The notes under the pieces: model-generated | Databases searched by the model: none | Seen by the model: the letters and a program-made list of their open reading frames with translations, nothing else | Told to the model about the DNA's origin: nothing | Origin: Octopus vulgaris | Taxonomy: Eukaryota | NCBI GenBank assembly: GCA_951406725.2 | Contig: OX597833.1 | Coordinates: forward strand, 20,832,001 to 20,896,000 | DNA: 64,000 nucleotides | Reading direction: 5' to 3' | Program-made: the position numbers and the translations under genes | Shown: one piece after another, positions 62,818 to 64,000 of the stretch | How positions within the stretch are numbered: position 1 is the first letter of the stretch | Layout of the letters: the number at the start of each line of letters is the position of its first letter

Positions 62818-64000
62818 CTGATTGGAGATGAAGAAAAATATGAAAAATAAATAAATAAATAAAAAAATTTGAGAAAACAAACATGAAATAGTAAAATAAA
62901 ACTGCATATTAAGATGGTCTAACATTTGAACCCCACCTCCTGAAACCGGTATAGTTGGTGACATAAACAGCAACCCTTAACATTGGTGTACCAATGAGGA
63001 CTTTTTTTACATAGAAAAATTCAAGGTAAGATGGACTGAAATGTCTCTGTTTCTTACTGTTTCCTCATTAACCCATTTCATCCCAAATTGTTTGAGACCA
63101 TCCTTGGTTTTACGACAAAACCTTCTTGACTGAATTAAAATATTCTTTTATTAAAATTTCATTTTAATTTGTGTTTCAAACACCTATCTTAATAATGATT
63201 TTAAATTTTGCTACAGATTGGGGGGGAATTTAGTCAATTACATTGAACCCAGTGCATAACTGGTACTTATTTAATTGATTTCAAAAGGATGAAAAGTGAA
63301 ATCAACCTCAGCAGAATTTGGACTCAGAAGACAGCAAGCTGGCGGAAACGTTAGCACGCCGGGCGAAATGCTTAGCGGTATTTCATCTGCCGCTACGTTC
63401 TGAGTTCAAATTCCACCAAGGTCAACTTTGCCGTTCATCCTCTCGGGGTTGATAAAATAAGTACCAGTTACGCACTGGGGTTGATATAATCGATTTAATC
63501 TATTTGTCTGTCCTTGTTTGTCCTCCCTGTGTTTAGCCCCTTGTGGGTAGTAAAGAAATAGGTATTTCATCTGCTGCTACGTTCTGCTGTTCTTATTCAG
63601 ATTAGAAAACAATAAATATAAAGATATATTCTCATAATTATTTCAAAATATCTATATTTTATTAAAATAATATCCAAACTGTAATGATAATAGAATTTTG
63701 AACTGAAAATCTGTCAATGTTGAAGCACCTCAGGGTAAACAATATTCACTGTATAATTTTTTGTTAGTGTCAAAATGAATAAATTCTTGCTGCTTCCAAG
63801 TCATGAGGAAGCAACATAGGGTTGGCCATGGGAGAAGTATGTAGTAGAGAGATCAATACAACTACATTGAGGGATTGACCCTGACATTTGTTAATTGAAA
63901 TGCCAAAACTTAATTTGACTGGACACCGAAGCCTCTTAAATTCAAATGGAACATCTGTTGGTATGAGAGGAAATTTTGATATAAAGACATTTTCTTGTTT

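Overview
AT-rich, microsatellite-dense eukaryotic (animal) genomic DNA. The repeat families look like those I recall from Octopus, so a coleoid cephalopod origin is likely, but that is inference. The window lies entirely inside one large minus-strand gene, cytoplasmic dynein-2 heavy chain (DYNC2H1). I traced 12 consecutive GT-AG exons from 62817 down to 5162 (2070 nt, about 690 codons, all splice phases compatible). They run from the end of the tail/linker through the AAA1 ATPase (Walker A GPAGTGKT, Walker B CFDEFNR); the gene start and end lie outside the window. About 97% of the window is intron, filled with nested mobile DNA: at least four tRNA-headed SINE families, RTE-clade LINE pieces with many orphan 3' tails, three RLE-type LINE fragments, mariner and DD37D derivatives, TTAA- and 8-bp-TSD MITEs, a decayed hAT transposase, and three Helitron pieces. 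Nearly all ORFs in the supplied track are microsatellite or repeat artefacts. The most notable signals are (i) a complete-core minimal type I hammerhead ribozyme at 56550-56635, on the pre-mRNA strand and surrounded by other hammerhead-like motifs, (ii) a near-perfect 485-bp palindrome nested in an older palindrome (48392-49310), plus many other intronic fold-backs that could be dsRNA/ADAR substrates, (iii) a variable-number array of structured ~62-bp units in the RTE 3' tail, and (iv) a PHD-like zinc finger inside an RTE reverse transcriptase. I found no prokaryotic-type system (CRISPR, operon). Coordinates were counted by hand; exon edges should be exact, and repeat edges are approximate.
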